From Candidatus Nanohalarchaeota archaeon (GTDB lineage Archaea; Nanohalarchaeota; Nanosalinia; Nanosalinales; Nanosalinaceae), in the NCBI GenBank assembly GCA_022729235.1, contig JALDAJ010000001.1, forward strand, positions 608,001 to 672,000: 64,000 nt of DNA, given 5' to 3'. The notes beneath the pieces were generated by a model. It saw only the letters and a list, made by a program, of their open reading frames with translations. It made no database searches and had not been told where the DNA came from. Shown here one piece after another: positions 36,466-45,482 of this stretch. The position numbers were made by a program, and so were the translations under genes. Position 1 is the first letter of the stretch, and every line of letters begins with the position of its first letter.

Positions 36466-37395
36466 CTACCATCCTCCTCCTTCCTGGTCGAAGTAGGATG
36501 CGAAAGCCTTTGCGAATTCATCCCTGGTATCGATTTTAAGGAAACTGGCGCCTCCCCCGGTCAGCTTCTCTTTCATCCTTTGCTCCTCTATATCAGCCTC
36601 CCGGTCGAACTCCTCCTTGATCTTCGTGGTGTCGACCACCATCTGACCGCCGCCACTTGAAGAAGACTCGAACCGGAAGTTACCGGCTTCAGGCATCCGG
36701 TAGTCTCTCAGATCCCGGACCATGACGGCCATCTGGTGCCTGAACTTCTCGTTCGCCAGCTGCATCTTAGCCTTCCAGTCTCCCTCGACCTCAAGGAAGT
36801 CGGATATGATGAATATCGAAGTATTACCCTTTATCTGCCCGATCACATCGTTCATCGCCTCTTCAAGATCGAACTTCCCCCCGTAGATATCGTAGTCTGT
36901 AACCTCGTGGAGCACCCGCTGGTACTGGTCTGTACCGCCCTGCGGCGTGACTATACGAGACTCCTCGCCCCACATACCTATCCCGACGTCTATACCTGCA
37001 TCAACGGAGGCGTAGGTAAGTGCAGAGGCGACGACAGCAGCGTATTCCGATTTCAGCTTGTCTGCGGTACCGAACAGCATCGTGTCCGATACGTCCATTA
37101 TTATGAATACGTCCATGTCCCGCTCCTCATCGAACTCCTTGACGTAGAGCTCTGGTTTACCCGCCGAAATCTTCCAGTCTATGCGCGAGGCATCGTCCGC
37201 CGGCAGGTACTGTCTCAGCCCTGAGAACTCGACACCGGATGGCTGGAAGTGCTCCTTGTATTTGAGTATGAACCGGAAAAGGTCGGATACACGTTTGACC
37301 TCGACATCAACCTGTTTCCTCAGTTTCTCTGGCGGTATAAGATCGTTTTTGTTCACTCCTTCGCTGTTGTCTCCCTTCATGTTATCGAGAAACAT
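36466..37395 (-). CDS. DUF58 domain protein
   Basis: GVEFSGLRQY, DASRIDWK, DVSDTM, ISDF. Confidence 0.9.
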   Translation of the reverse strand: MFLDNMKGDNSEGVNKNDLIPPEKLRKQVDVEVKRVSDLFRFILKYKEHFQPSGVEFSGLRQYLPADDASRIDWKISAGKPELYVKEFDEERDMDVFIIMDVSDTMLFGTADKLKSEYAAVVASALTYASVDAGIDVGIGMWGEESRIVTPQGGTDQYQRVLHEVTDYDIYGGKFDLEEAMNDVIGQIKGNTSIFIISDFLEVEGDWKAKMQLANEKFRHQMAVMVRDLRDYRMPEAGNFRFESSSSGGGQMVVDTTKIKEEFDREADIEEQRMKEKLTGGGASFLKIDTRDEFAKAFASYFDQEGGGW

Positions 37396-37397
37396 CT

Positions 37398-40178
37398 CTA
37401 CCTCACCGGTACATTATCGACGATGTCCTGTATGATATCCTCGACCTCAAGCCCTTCTGCCTCACCCTCGTAGTTCAGTATTATCCTGTGGATGAAGACA
37501 TCCCTGATGACCTCTCTTATATCCTCGGGAGTGACGTAAGTTCTCTCGTTGTATAGCGCGTTAGCTCTCGCGGCTAACGCCAGGTTAATGGAAGCTCTCG
37601 GTGTGCAACCCCAGTCGATGTAATCCGAGTACTCCAGTCCGTAGTCTTCAGGGTTTCTTGACGCGTCCACCAGGTCGACGATGTAAGCCTTGATCTCCTG
37701 CGACACGTTGACAACCTTTGAGAACTCCTGCATGTCAAGGACGTCCTGTTTTTCGACAGCGGTCTGGATGTTGAAGTCTTCTTCCATATCCATGATGTTG
37801 GCGTTCAGGTCGATAATCTTCTGCTCGCTCTTCTTCTTCGGGTAGGGCAGGTATATCTTGAACAGGAAACGGTCGATCTGCGCCTCAGGTAACGGGTAGG
37901 TATTGTGGTTGATACCGCACGCTCCTAGTCCTGCCACGTAGTTATGGCTTTTAGGGACGCTGAGTCCTATGACTGGGCCTTCATATTCTTCGGATTTGAT
38001 TTCCTGAACAGGGTCGTAGAATACATCGCTTTCAACAAGTTTTTTGAGATATGATATGATTTGCTCGGCTTTCTTCAACCTTTTTTCCCTCTCCTGTTTC
38101 ACGAACTGTTCTACCTCTGCCGTATCGTCTTCGTTCTTGTACGTCTGCCATACCATATGCTTTGAAAGCTCTGTTTCCTCTACTATCTCTGTAATCGCGA
38201 TACCGCAGCTCTGAGCTTTCTTCTGGACTGAATTGTGTTCCTGGATTTTCCTCTCCTCAACTGTATCTTCCATTAAATCTACGAAATTCTTGAGTTCGTG
38301 CTCTGAAACTCTGCCTCTCTGTTTCGCCATGTGATAGAGAGAGTACCAGTCACGTTCTGTCATATCTCCAGAGTACTTGAATCCTAGTATACTGACAAGC
38401 TCGTCTATCATCTCGCTCTCTACAGGTAGAACTCTGTAAGCAGAGGGTCCCTCGACTACCTCTGGTTCTTCTCCCGGCCACGTAAACCTATCCATGTAAG
38501 GTTTCAGGTCTTTACCGGAGACCCTGAGACGGTAAACCCGTTCTTGGTCGTATATCGCCGGTCTGATACCGAAATCGATTAGCATGTGAGATATCAGATT
38601 GATTGTTTCTCTGTCGTTCTGAGTCATCGTGATCCGGATATTGTCCTCTTCCTTATCATTTTCGAAGTATGACTCTGCCTGCATGAACGCATCGATGAAC
38701 TCTTTCTTGAATTCTTCTGGTGCATTCAGCAAAGTTTCCGGCTTATCAATCCTGTACCTCTCTTCCAGGTACCGGATAAACGGCTTGGAACGTACCTTAG
38801 CATGCTTTACACCGTCTTTCATCCTCGTGTTTACTTCCAGCCCTGCCTTTTCAGCCAGAGATATCCATCTCTCAATAAGTTCCGGATAATTTTTCTGGGA
38901 GACCTCGACAGAATTATTATTGATGTTTCCTTCTGCAAGCGTGAATCCTAGGAAGAAGCCTGCATCTCCAGCGTTCCAAGAATCCGATATCTGGTGGGTC
39001 TTGTGGCTCTCAATGTAGCTACTTGGTTCGATATTCTCCTGTTTAAGGACCTCCGCCAATTCTTCTCCGATCCCGTTTGAAGTTCCACTAAGGTAGTTGA
39101 GGGTTCTATCATAACTTATCCCTGATTTCTCTGCAAGCTCTTTCTTGGTCAAGTGAGATGCTATACGTAGAGCATCCACATCTTCATAGGAGAAGTCTCT
39201 CTCTTCGATACTTCTCTTGGCGTCTTCTACATCGTCTGCTGTAACAGTTCTGAACTCTTCATCCAGTTTTTCGATAGTTTCTTTATGCGAAGGAAAACCT
39301 TCCTCAGGAAGGTCTAAGACTTCTGGACATACTAGGAAGTCACCTTCCTGTATCTCCTCAGCTCTCTTCCAGACAAGTCTGCCGCTCTCGTTCACGAGGA
39401 ACGGATGATCGCCGTTGACCTTGATACGTCTACCGGTTCTCGTGGTTACAGTATAGGCTTTTCCGCTGTAATCCTTCTCGTATACCATGCAGGAAGTCTC
39501 CTCAATTTCTCCATTCACTGAAAGGTTGTTGGTAAAGTCTCCCGCATCATAAATTCTCTTGTCATTGTCTTCATGGATAAGTTCTCCTTCCTGCTTAGCA
39601 TGTTTCAGAGCATTTTCCGCCTTCCAGAGTTCACCGTTCATGTAAAGAGTTTCCTCAGGATGTAGGCTTCCTCCCTGTTCGACAGGGTTATGCGTCGCCA
39701 TAGTGAAGAACGGCTCGGGCAGGTGGAAGGTTTCGTCACCGATAGATACTTTATGCTCCTGCATAGCCTCAAGCATAGCAGACTGGACTTTCGGCGGTGC
39801 ACGGTTAATCTCATCTGCCAGGATAAAGTTCGCGAATATAGGTCCTTTCTCAACGTAGAAACCCTTGTCCTCGTTATACGCCTCGACACCTACGATATCG
39901 CTCGGCAGTTTGTCCGGCGTGAACTGGATACGGTTGAACTCCGAGCCCTCAACGATCTGACCGAGAAGCTCGACAAGCAAGGATTTCCCTAGTCCTGGTA
40001 CTCCTTCCAGCAGGATGTTACCTCCCGCAACTACTGTAAGCATGATTTTGTGGATGACATCTTCCTGCCCGACGAATCCCTTGTGGACCTCGTTCTCCAT
40101 ATCCTTGATCTTGGCAGCCAGCTCCTCTGCCTTCTCCTGCTTTTTCTGGTCAGAAAGATCTGCGAACTTACTTGCCAT
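37398..40178 (-). CDS. MoxR family AAA+ ATPase containing an intein
   Basis: EGVPGLGKS, RIQFTPD, ADEINRAPPKVQSAMLEAM, ATHNPVEQGG|intein|TYPLPEAQIDRF. Confidence 0.92.
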   Translation of the reverse strand: MASKFADLSDQKKQEKAEELAAKIKDMENEVHKGFVGQEDVIHKIMLTVVAGGNILLEGVPGLGKSLLVELLGQIVEGSEFNRIQFTPDKLPSDIVGVEAYNEDKGFYVEKGPIFANFILADEINRAPPKVQSAMLEAMQEHKVSIGDETFHLPEPFFTMATHNPVEQGGSLHPEETLYMNGELWKAENALKHAKQEGELIHEDNDKRIYDAGDFTNNLSVNGEIEETSCMVYEKDYSGKAYTVTTRTGRRIKVNGDHPFLVNESGRLVWKRAEEIQEGDFLVCPEVLDLPEEGFPSHKETIEKLDEEFRTVTADDVEDAKRSIEERDFSYEDVDALRIASHLTKKELAEKSGISYDRTLNYLSGTSNGIGEELAEVLKQENIEPSSYIESHKTHQISDSWNAGDAGFFLGFTLAEGNINNNSVEVSQKNYPELIERWISLAEKAGLEVNTRMKDGVKHAKVRSKPFIRYLEERYRIDKPETLLNAPEEFKKEFIDAFMQAESYFENDKEEDNIRITMTQNDRETINLISHMLIDFGIRPAIYDQERVYRLRVSGKDLKPYMDRFTWPGEEPEVVEGPSAYRVLPVESEMIDELVSILGFKYSGDMTERDWYSLYHMAKQRGRVSEHELKNFVDLMEDTVEERKIQEHNSVQKKAQSCGIAITEIVEETELSKHMVWQTYKNEDDTAEVEQFVKQEREKRLKKAEQIISYLKKLVESDVFYDPVQEIKSEEYEGPVIGLSVPKSHNYVAGLGACGINHNTYPLPEAQIDRFLFKIYLPYPKKKSEQKIIDLNANIMDMEEDFNIQTAVEKQDVLDMQEFSKVVNVSQEIKAYIVDLVDASRNPEDYGLEYSDYIDWGCTPRASINLALAARANALYNERTYVTPEDIREVIRDVFIHRIILNYEGEAEGLEVEDIIQDIVDNVPVR
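37902..39668 (-). mobile_element. Intein (589 aa) with LAGLIDADG-type homing endonuclease
   Basis: Begins SLHPEET, block B TRTGRRIKVNGDHPF, FFLGFTLAEG and FIDAFMQAES motifs, ends CGINHN followed by Thr. Confidence 0.9.
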
Positions 40179-40221
40179 CGCACTAAATGATTCCGCAAGC
40201 CTGAATAAAAAACCTTCAAGA

Positions 40222-40497
40222 CTACAGCTGGTGATATCCTTCGTCTCTGTGAATTACTGTTAGGATGATGATCTCGCTGTCCTGTATGTCAAATATTGCT
40301 CTGTGGTCGAGTTTACCGTTCCTCTCGCCTATTTTCAACCGGAAAAGAGATTCTTGATTAACCTGTATCAATTTGACTTTTTCATGGGATGTCGGCCCGT
40401 CTTCTAGCTTTTCTATCTCTTCCCTTAATCTCTGTTCAATTTCTTCGTCGATCGAGTTAAGCTTTTTCTCCGCCTCGCCAGAGTATCTGATTTTCAT
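40222..40497 (-). CDS. RelE/ParE family toxin
   Basis: MKIRYSGEAEKKL...FRLKIG...HRAIF...VIHRDEGY. Confidence 0.8.
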   Translation of the reverse strand: MKIRYSGEAEKKLNSIDEEIEQRLREEIEKLEDGPTSHEKVKLIQVNQESLFRLKIGERNGKLDHRAIFDIQDSEIIILTVIHRDEGYHQL

Positions 40498-40610
40498 GTC
40501 TGAATCTTCTGACCGATTTTTTATAAATATCACTAATATTTATGGTTATTTCATCAAATCTCATAATATTTTATAAAGCTTAAGACCTATACACTGGTTA
40601 GTTGATTGAA

Positions 40611-40862
40611 ATGCCTGTAAGCGTTGACCTACCTGAAGATATGAGAAGGGATCTTGAGAAGAAGAAAGAGGAGGAGTACTACAGCTCGATGAGTGAAGTT
40701 ATCCGGACAGCCATCAGACAGTTTCTAGAGAAAGATGAGACACAGCTTACCAGGAAGGACGAAGCGATTCTCGAACTGATCAAGCAGGGCAAAGTAGAGG
40801 AGGTCCATCTGGAAGGAGAAGCGCTGGAAAGCCTGCAGAAAGGCATGGAAGAACTAGACTGA
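40611..40862 (+). CDS. Ribbon-helix-helix (CopG) antitoxin/regulator
   Basis: VSVDLPEDM...YSSMSEVIRTAIRQFL. Confidence 0.8.
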   Translation: MPVSVDLPEDMRRDLEKKKEEEYYSSMSEVIRTAIRQFLEKDETQLTRKDEAILELIKQGKVEEVHLEGEALESLQKGMEELD

Positions 40863-40918
40863 GTGATGTGTGGCGCATTACGGTAAATGATAAAAAGTTG
40901 GAGATAACGGTTCTAGGT

Positions 40919-41059
40919 ATGGCTGAAACAGTCGAGAAACCGGATGACAGAAGTGTCGATGAACTTCTTGCAGGTCTAAAGAAGAGTATCAAGCAGGCGA
41001 AGGAAGGTAAGACCCGGTCCTGGAAGGAAGTTAAGGAAGGTTTTCAGCAAAAGCAGTAA
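40919..41059 (+). CDS. Small RelB-like antitoxin candidate
   Basis: LKKSIKQAKEGKTRSWKEVK resembles the C-terminus of RelE-binding antitoxins. Confidence 0.5.
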   Translation: MAETVEKPDDRSVDELLAGLKKSIKQAKEGKTRSWKEVKEGFQQKQ

Positions 41060-41369
41060 AGTCAGATATCTTGCCAGCTAATTTTTGAGCCTCTTTCTTA
41101 GTCAGGACCCTGATACAGTAAACCTTGTCGTCCCCGTATTTTTCCAGATACTTTCCCTCTAGAAACCAGGCTCTGTAATCTCTACCAAGGTTCATCTGCA
41201 AGGCAGGGTGCATGTTACCGGATAGATACTTATCAAAGGCCTGTCTCGGGGAAGCCCCGATTCCCAGGTTCTTCTCTGTGGCGTCCAACTTACTGAATAA
41301 AGTGTCTCTGACAGTCTCCGGAAGCCGTTCAAGATCGCCTTCTGCCCTATGAGTTAAATCTATCTCCAT
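41031..41369 (-). CDS. RelE-like toxin
   Basis: MEIDLTHRAEGDLERLP...LGRDYRAWF...VLTKKE. Confidence 0.65.
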   Translation of the reverse strand: MEIDLTHRAEGDLERLPETVRDTLFSKLDATEKNLGIGASPRQAFDKYLSGNMHPALQMNLGRDYRAWFLEGKYLEKYGDDKVYCIRVLTKKEAQKLAGKISDFTAFAENLP

Positions 41370-41646
41370 AAACCAAATTATAGAACCTCTTTTTACAAAT
41401 ATTCTGGTCTAAAAACAGACTTAGAACCTCTAAAACTCATATAAGCTGGTTAGAAATACTTTAGCATGATGAAAGGAGCCATTTTATGGTTTAAACGTGT
41501 AAGAACTGTATTTATCTGCACTATCTGGCACTCCTACATAACACTGTGAACCACGACCGAACACTCATCGCCACAGCCCTCCGGTTTCTCTTAAGATAAT
41601 AGAAGAAAAGAAAAAAGGTGGATGTGGGTGTAGGAGACTAGATCGC

Positions 41647-42789
41647 TTACGTCACAACTGACTCGACGTTGATAATCAGGTCTCCTTCCTCGATCATACC
41701 TGCTGCAACACCTAGTGGCAGGTTCAGATGTGTGCCGAACTCGAAGTGTTCCCCTGGCTGTAGTGGGTCTTCGGTGATGTACCTGATTGCTCCAGATGCA
41801 TCTCCATCTCCCTCACCACCGCCATCGTCGAAGGGATGGTCGGTTGTGTCTCCGTATTCAGCTGCTTCTAAATCCTCGTTGATATCTAGAGAATCAGAGT
41901 GAGCTCCAGGCGGAATAAATCCGTCACCCAGTAATGGGTCCCATTTGGACCACATTACGAATGTGTGTTCACGTTGGCTAGGAGTGTCGTGAGCTTCTAC
42001 GTCGCAGTAAGTCACAACGTCAAAGTTCCTCTCTTCTACTTCTTGATCTCCGTCACCGCTACCAGTGGTTGTGACATTGACATCTGGGACATAACCGTAG
42101 TCTCCGCTAATCGGTTCGATAGGATACTCTGTGTACTCAGAAGGATCTGTAAAGTCCACTGATCCAATCTGGTCGATTGTCTGTGCTTCGTTTCCTAAGA
42201 GAAGCGTGTCTGCTCCGTCTTCTCCATCACAGATGTTGTTCGCTGAGTTTGCAGTGCCATCGGCTTGAATTAGCCAGAAGAACTCGTCTTCTCCCATCCG
42301 GATTCTTCCGTAGTGGTACTCACTTCCAGATCCTGTAGATGGAACTACGTATCCGAGATCGTTGTCAGCGAACTCTACTCTGCTGACTGCTGCTAGACCT
42401 CCCTGTGATACAGGCTGTTCTGAGTCTACTTCACCCATGATGAAGTTCCCTGTATCGTAGGCGCCTGAGTCTCCGGTACCGAATGGTCTCTCAGATGGCT
42501 TTGTGGTTGTTGCCCAGATTCGTTCCAGCTGTACTGATCCTGCGTTCTCTATCTCTACTCCTGTGAATTGCTCTGTGTCAGAAGATTGCTCGTGCTCACT
42601 TCCTGGGAAGATGTCATCATCGAAGGTCAGCTGTGAAGGGTTGACCTTGACCGCTGTCTGTTCGCTTACCGTGACGTTGAAGTCTGAGTCGTCTTCTGAG
42701 TCTGGGGCAGGCTGTGCTGTTGTCATTGCTGCCATTCCTACTGCGAATGCTACTGCTACTAGAGCTACTGTTGCTTTGTGTTTTCTCAT
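41647..42789 (-). CDS. Secreted major surface/filament subunit candidate
   Basis: Strong SD GGAGGTGA before MRKHK, signal peptide, no TM anchor, long upstream leader, downstream U-rich tract. Confidence 0.7.
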   Translation of the reverse strand: MRKHKATVALVAVAFAVGMAAMTTAQPAPDSEDDSDFNVTVSEQTAVKVNPSQLTFDDDIFPGSEHEQSSDTEQFTGVEIENAGSVQLERIWATTTKPSERPFGTGDSGAYDTGNFIMGEVDSEQPVSQGGLAAVSRVEFADNDLGYVVPSTGSGSEYHYGRIRMGEDEFFWLIQADGTANSANNICDGEDGADTLLLGNEAQTIDQIGSVDFTDPSEYTEYPIEPISGDYGYVPDVNVTTTGSGDGDQEVEERNFDVVTYCDVEAHDTPSQREHTFVMWSKWDPLLGDGFIPPGAHSDSLDINEDLEAAEYGDTTDHPFDDGGGEGDGDASGAIRYITEDPLQPGEHFEFGTHLNLPLGVAAGMIEEGDLIINVESVVT

Positions 42790-43140
42790 TTTGATTTCAC
42801 CTCCTTGTCTTGTTGGTTTTTGTAGGTTTTGAAAGAGTAAATCGGTCACTAACCGATAAGAATGAATTACTGATTGTAAAGGTCTCTGTACAACTACGTC
42901 CAAAAGGATTAGTAGAACTATGGTTACGGGTTAAACTTCCCGCGGATGGACTAACAACGTCCGTGTGTTTGTTGCCTTGCATTAAGGGAATCACGCGTGT
43001 TCGTGTCCCCTCTCCCCCTTGAAACCCAATTCAGAGAGCTTGTTTATAAAATTAAACCGGGTGTGTTGGCTCCGGGTGAACTTTGCGGTCACAAGGCTCG
43101 ATAACTGTTTAAAGAATCGGATATTTCACTATTCTATAAT

Positions 43141-44238
43141 ATGGTATCTGCAAGAAAGCTGGCGCCGGCGATTTTCCTCGTGATGTTCATGTCGACAGTA
43201 TACGCGTTCAACGTAGGCGTTTCCCCGAATAATATACACTTAGGAGAGGTCGAGGCTGGTGAAACAGTTGAGTTAGAGATATACGTATGGTCGGACGCTG
43301 ACGGCGCTGTAATAGTTGACCCGGAGTACAGGAGAGGTGTAGGTCGTTATATCCACAGGGAGGACGAGATGCCTTTTGAGGTCTCCGGTCTTTCCGAGCA
43401 GGATACTTCTGAATGGGTGACATGGACAGAGGACGAGTACGAGGTCGACCCTGAGACAGAAGTAACAGCTGACGACGGCTCGACCTACGAGGAGGTGATG
43501 CCTTTCGAAATCGATATTCCTTCAAATGCGGAGCCGGGCTACAGGCTTGCCTTCGTGGACATCGACCTTGAGACAGGGGCGGGAGGACAGGGCTCTCAGC
43601 TAGGTATTTACTCTGTACCTGTGATACCTATAACGTATGAAGTGACTGGTGCTGGGACTGTTGACAGGTCGCTGGACGTCAATGAGGTCCGTTCGGTCCG
43701 CGCCGGCGCGGATGTGGTCCGTGTAGATTACCTGGTTGAGAACACCGGTACCGTCACGACGTCTCTGCGCGACTCAGATCTTTCGATAATGGATGATAGA
43801 GGGTTTGAGAGAGCGGATGATTCTCTTTCCCGTGTGAGGATAGCGCCCGGCGAAACTGAGGTGGTGACGAGGTGGTGGCGCGACGATTCGGAGATTGAGG
43901 CAGGTGAGTACCGTGTGAGCGGTGAGCTGGACTACATGACCGGTCAGTCGTTCTTTGAATCGACGATTGATATCGGAGACATAATAGAGATCAGGGAGGG
44001 ACAGGAACCGGACGACCCTGATGATCCTTCACAAGGTCAACCGCCTTACTTCCTGATACTTATGGTGCTCCTGGTTTTAGGAGTCCTGATGTACTCGTTT
44101 GAGGTTGATCCTCTGTACATCATATCGTTCCTGGGTGTCATAGGTATCTCCGCGTTCGTTGTAACTTCAGGTCTACCGGTCTATCTAGCCGGACTAGTTA
44201 TAATAATGACTCTCATACTACTTTACTACGGAGGCTGA
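43141..44238 (+). CDS. Surface protein with two Ig-like domains and C-terminal TMs (WxL-interacting/DUF916-like)
   Basis: GVSP, IDIPSNAEPG, VENTGTV, C-terminal TMs. Confidence 0.65.
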   Translation: MVSARKLAPAIFLVMFMSTVYAFNVGVSPNNIHLGEVEAGETVELEIYVWSDADGAVIVDPEYRRGVGRYIHREDEMPFEVSGLSEQDTSEWVTWTEDEYEVDPETEVTADDGSTYEEVMPFEIDIPSNAEPGYRLAFVDIDLETGAGGQGSQLGIYSVPVIPITYEVTGAGTVDRSLDVNEVRSVRAGADVVRVDYLVENTGTVTTSLRDSDLSIMDDRGFERADDSLSRVRIAPGETEVVTRWWRDDSEIEAGEYRVSGELDYMTGQSFFESTIDIGDIIEIREGQEPDDPDDPSQGQPPYFLILMVLLVLGVLMYSFEVDPLYIISFLGVIGISAFVVTSGLPVYLAGLVIIMTLILLYYGG

Positions 44239-44245
44239 AAAACAG

Positions 44246-44707
44246 ATGGACAAGATACCTATTTTTGTCGTGGGCTTCAGCATCGCCCTCGGTCTGGCAC
44301 CTTTCATTCTTGATGATCAACTGCTTGAAACCTATGAAAACGAGTTCTACGTCAACGGTTCGGTTTACACACCGGATGACATTGACAACGCGACTGTAAG
44401 AGGCGACTTTGACCCTCACCTTGCGTTCGGTGAAGTCCCGAAAGAGTTCGAGTTGGTGAAGAGTTTGAACCTGCAGACTGACAGACCGACTCTTTCAGTC
44501 TTCAGTACAGAGGGAAACGTCTCTGAGGTCGTTGATTACCCTCGGTACAAGTACTACAGTCAGCCCGACGAGGCGGAAATCGCCTTCAACGGAACTGAAC
44601 CAAGCCTTTACGAAGGAAAGCTTCAGATGAAAACCTGGAGAGCTGAGGAAGGAGTTGCCGAGAGATGGCTGGACGTCCGGCACTGGTACTACTCGTTACG
44701 TTACTAG
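44246..44707 (+). CDS. Membrane-anchored hypothetical protein
   Basis: N-terminal TM, LAFGEVP motif. Confidence 0.6.
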   Translation: MDKIPIFVVGFSIALGLAPFILDDQLLETYENEFYVNGSVYTPDDIDNATVRGDFDPHLAFGEVPKEFELVKSLNLQTDRPTLSVFSTEGNVSEVVDYPRYKYYSQPDEAEIAFNGTEPSLYEGKLQMKTWRAEEGVAERWLDVRHWYYSLRY

Positions 44708-45468
44708 CGCTTCCTCTTGTATCCGCCCTGACCTTTGAGGTAAGTGTGGATAACGAGGTTTCCAGCGGTGAGTACGACCTGAACTACTCCAGCGAAGTGG
44801 AAACACTCCAGTCTATCAACGTCACCTTTGATAATAAGGGATCAATCGGCTGCCAGTACAGGTTAAAAGGAGAGTTCAGCCAGGGTAACGATACTATAAC
44901 CAGATTCTCACCGGCTTACCCTCTCTTTCCCGGCTCGCACACCACTGCAGAACTCCAGTATATACCTTTCAACTACACCGGGCAGGTAAACACCACGGTA
45001 TACTCCCACTACTGCGAGAGAGAAGAAGAGATCGACAGCTTCACGTTCAACGTGACTGAGAAAACTATCTTCAACGGCACGGTCGACACCCGGACAGTAG
45101 ACGTCGGTGACCGGCAGACCAGGGTAGAGATGGATATCGGGAACGGCACCATGATACCGGAAGAGGCGCCAACGTTCTGGAAAGTTTCCGGTACAGAAGT
45201 AGAGAACGGGGAGGCTATCATAACTTATGATCCACCGATTTTCCAGGAAGGAAGGACCATCTCCTACACAGTCCTGGATGAGAACCGTTCCGTTGTAGGT
45301 ACTGCAGACGTGTTACTGGAGGAGCAGCCGACGGCGTGGGAAGAATTCAGGAATAACCTGGAGGAGAACTCGTTAAAGCTGCTGGCTATGCTGGTCGTCG
45401 CAAATATATTCATCTTGACGGTGAAACCGGCTCGAAGGAAGATTAAAAGCTTTAAAGCTCCGGAATAG
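44665..45468 (+). CDS. Surface glycoprotein with C-terminal TM
   Basis: Signal peptide, NKGSIGC, sequons, TM. Confidence 0.65.
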   Translation: MAGRPALVLLVTLLALPLVSALTFEVSVDNEVSSGEYDLNYSSEVETLQSINVTFDNKGSIGCQYRLKGEFSQGNDTITRFSPAYPLFPGSHTTAELQYIPFNYTGQVNTTVYSHYCEREEEIDSFTFNVTEKTIFNGTVDTRTVDVGDRQTRVEMDIGNGTMIPEEAPTFWKVSGTEVENGEAIITYDPPIFQEGRTISYTVLDENRSVVGTADVLLEEQPTAWEEFRNNLEENSLKLLAMLVVANIFILTVKPARRKIKSFKAPE

Positions 45469-45482
45469 AACTTACATTATAA

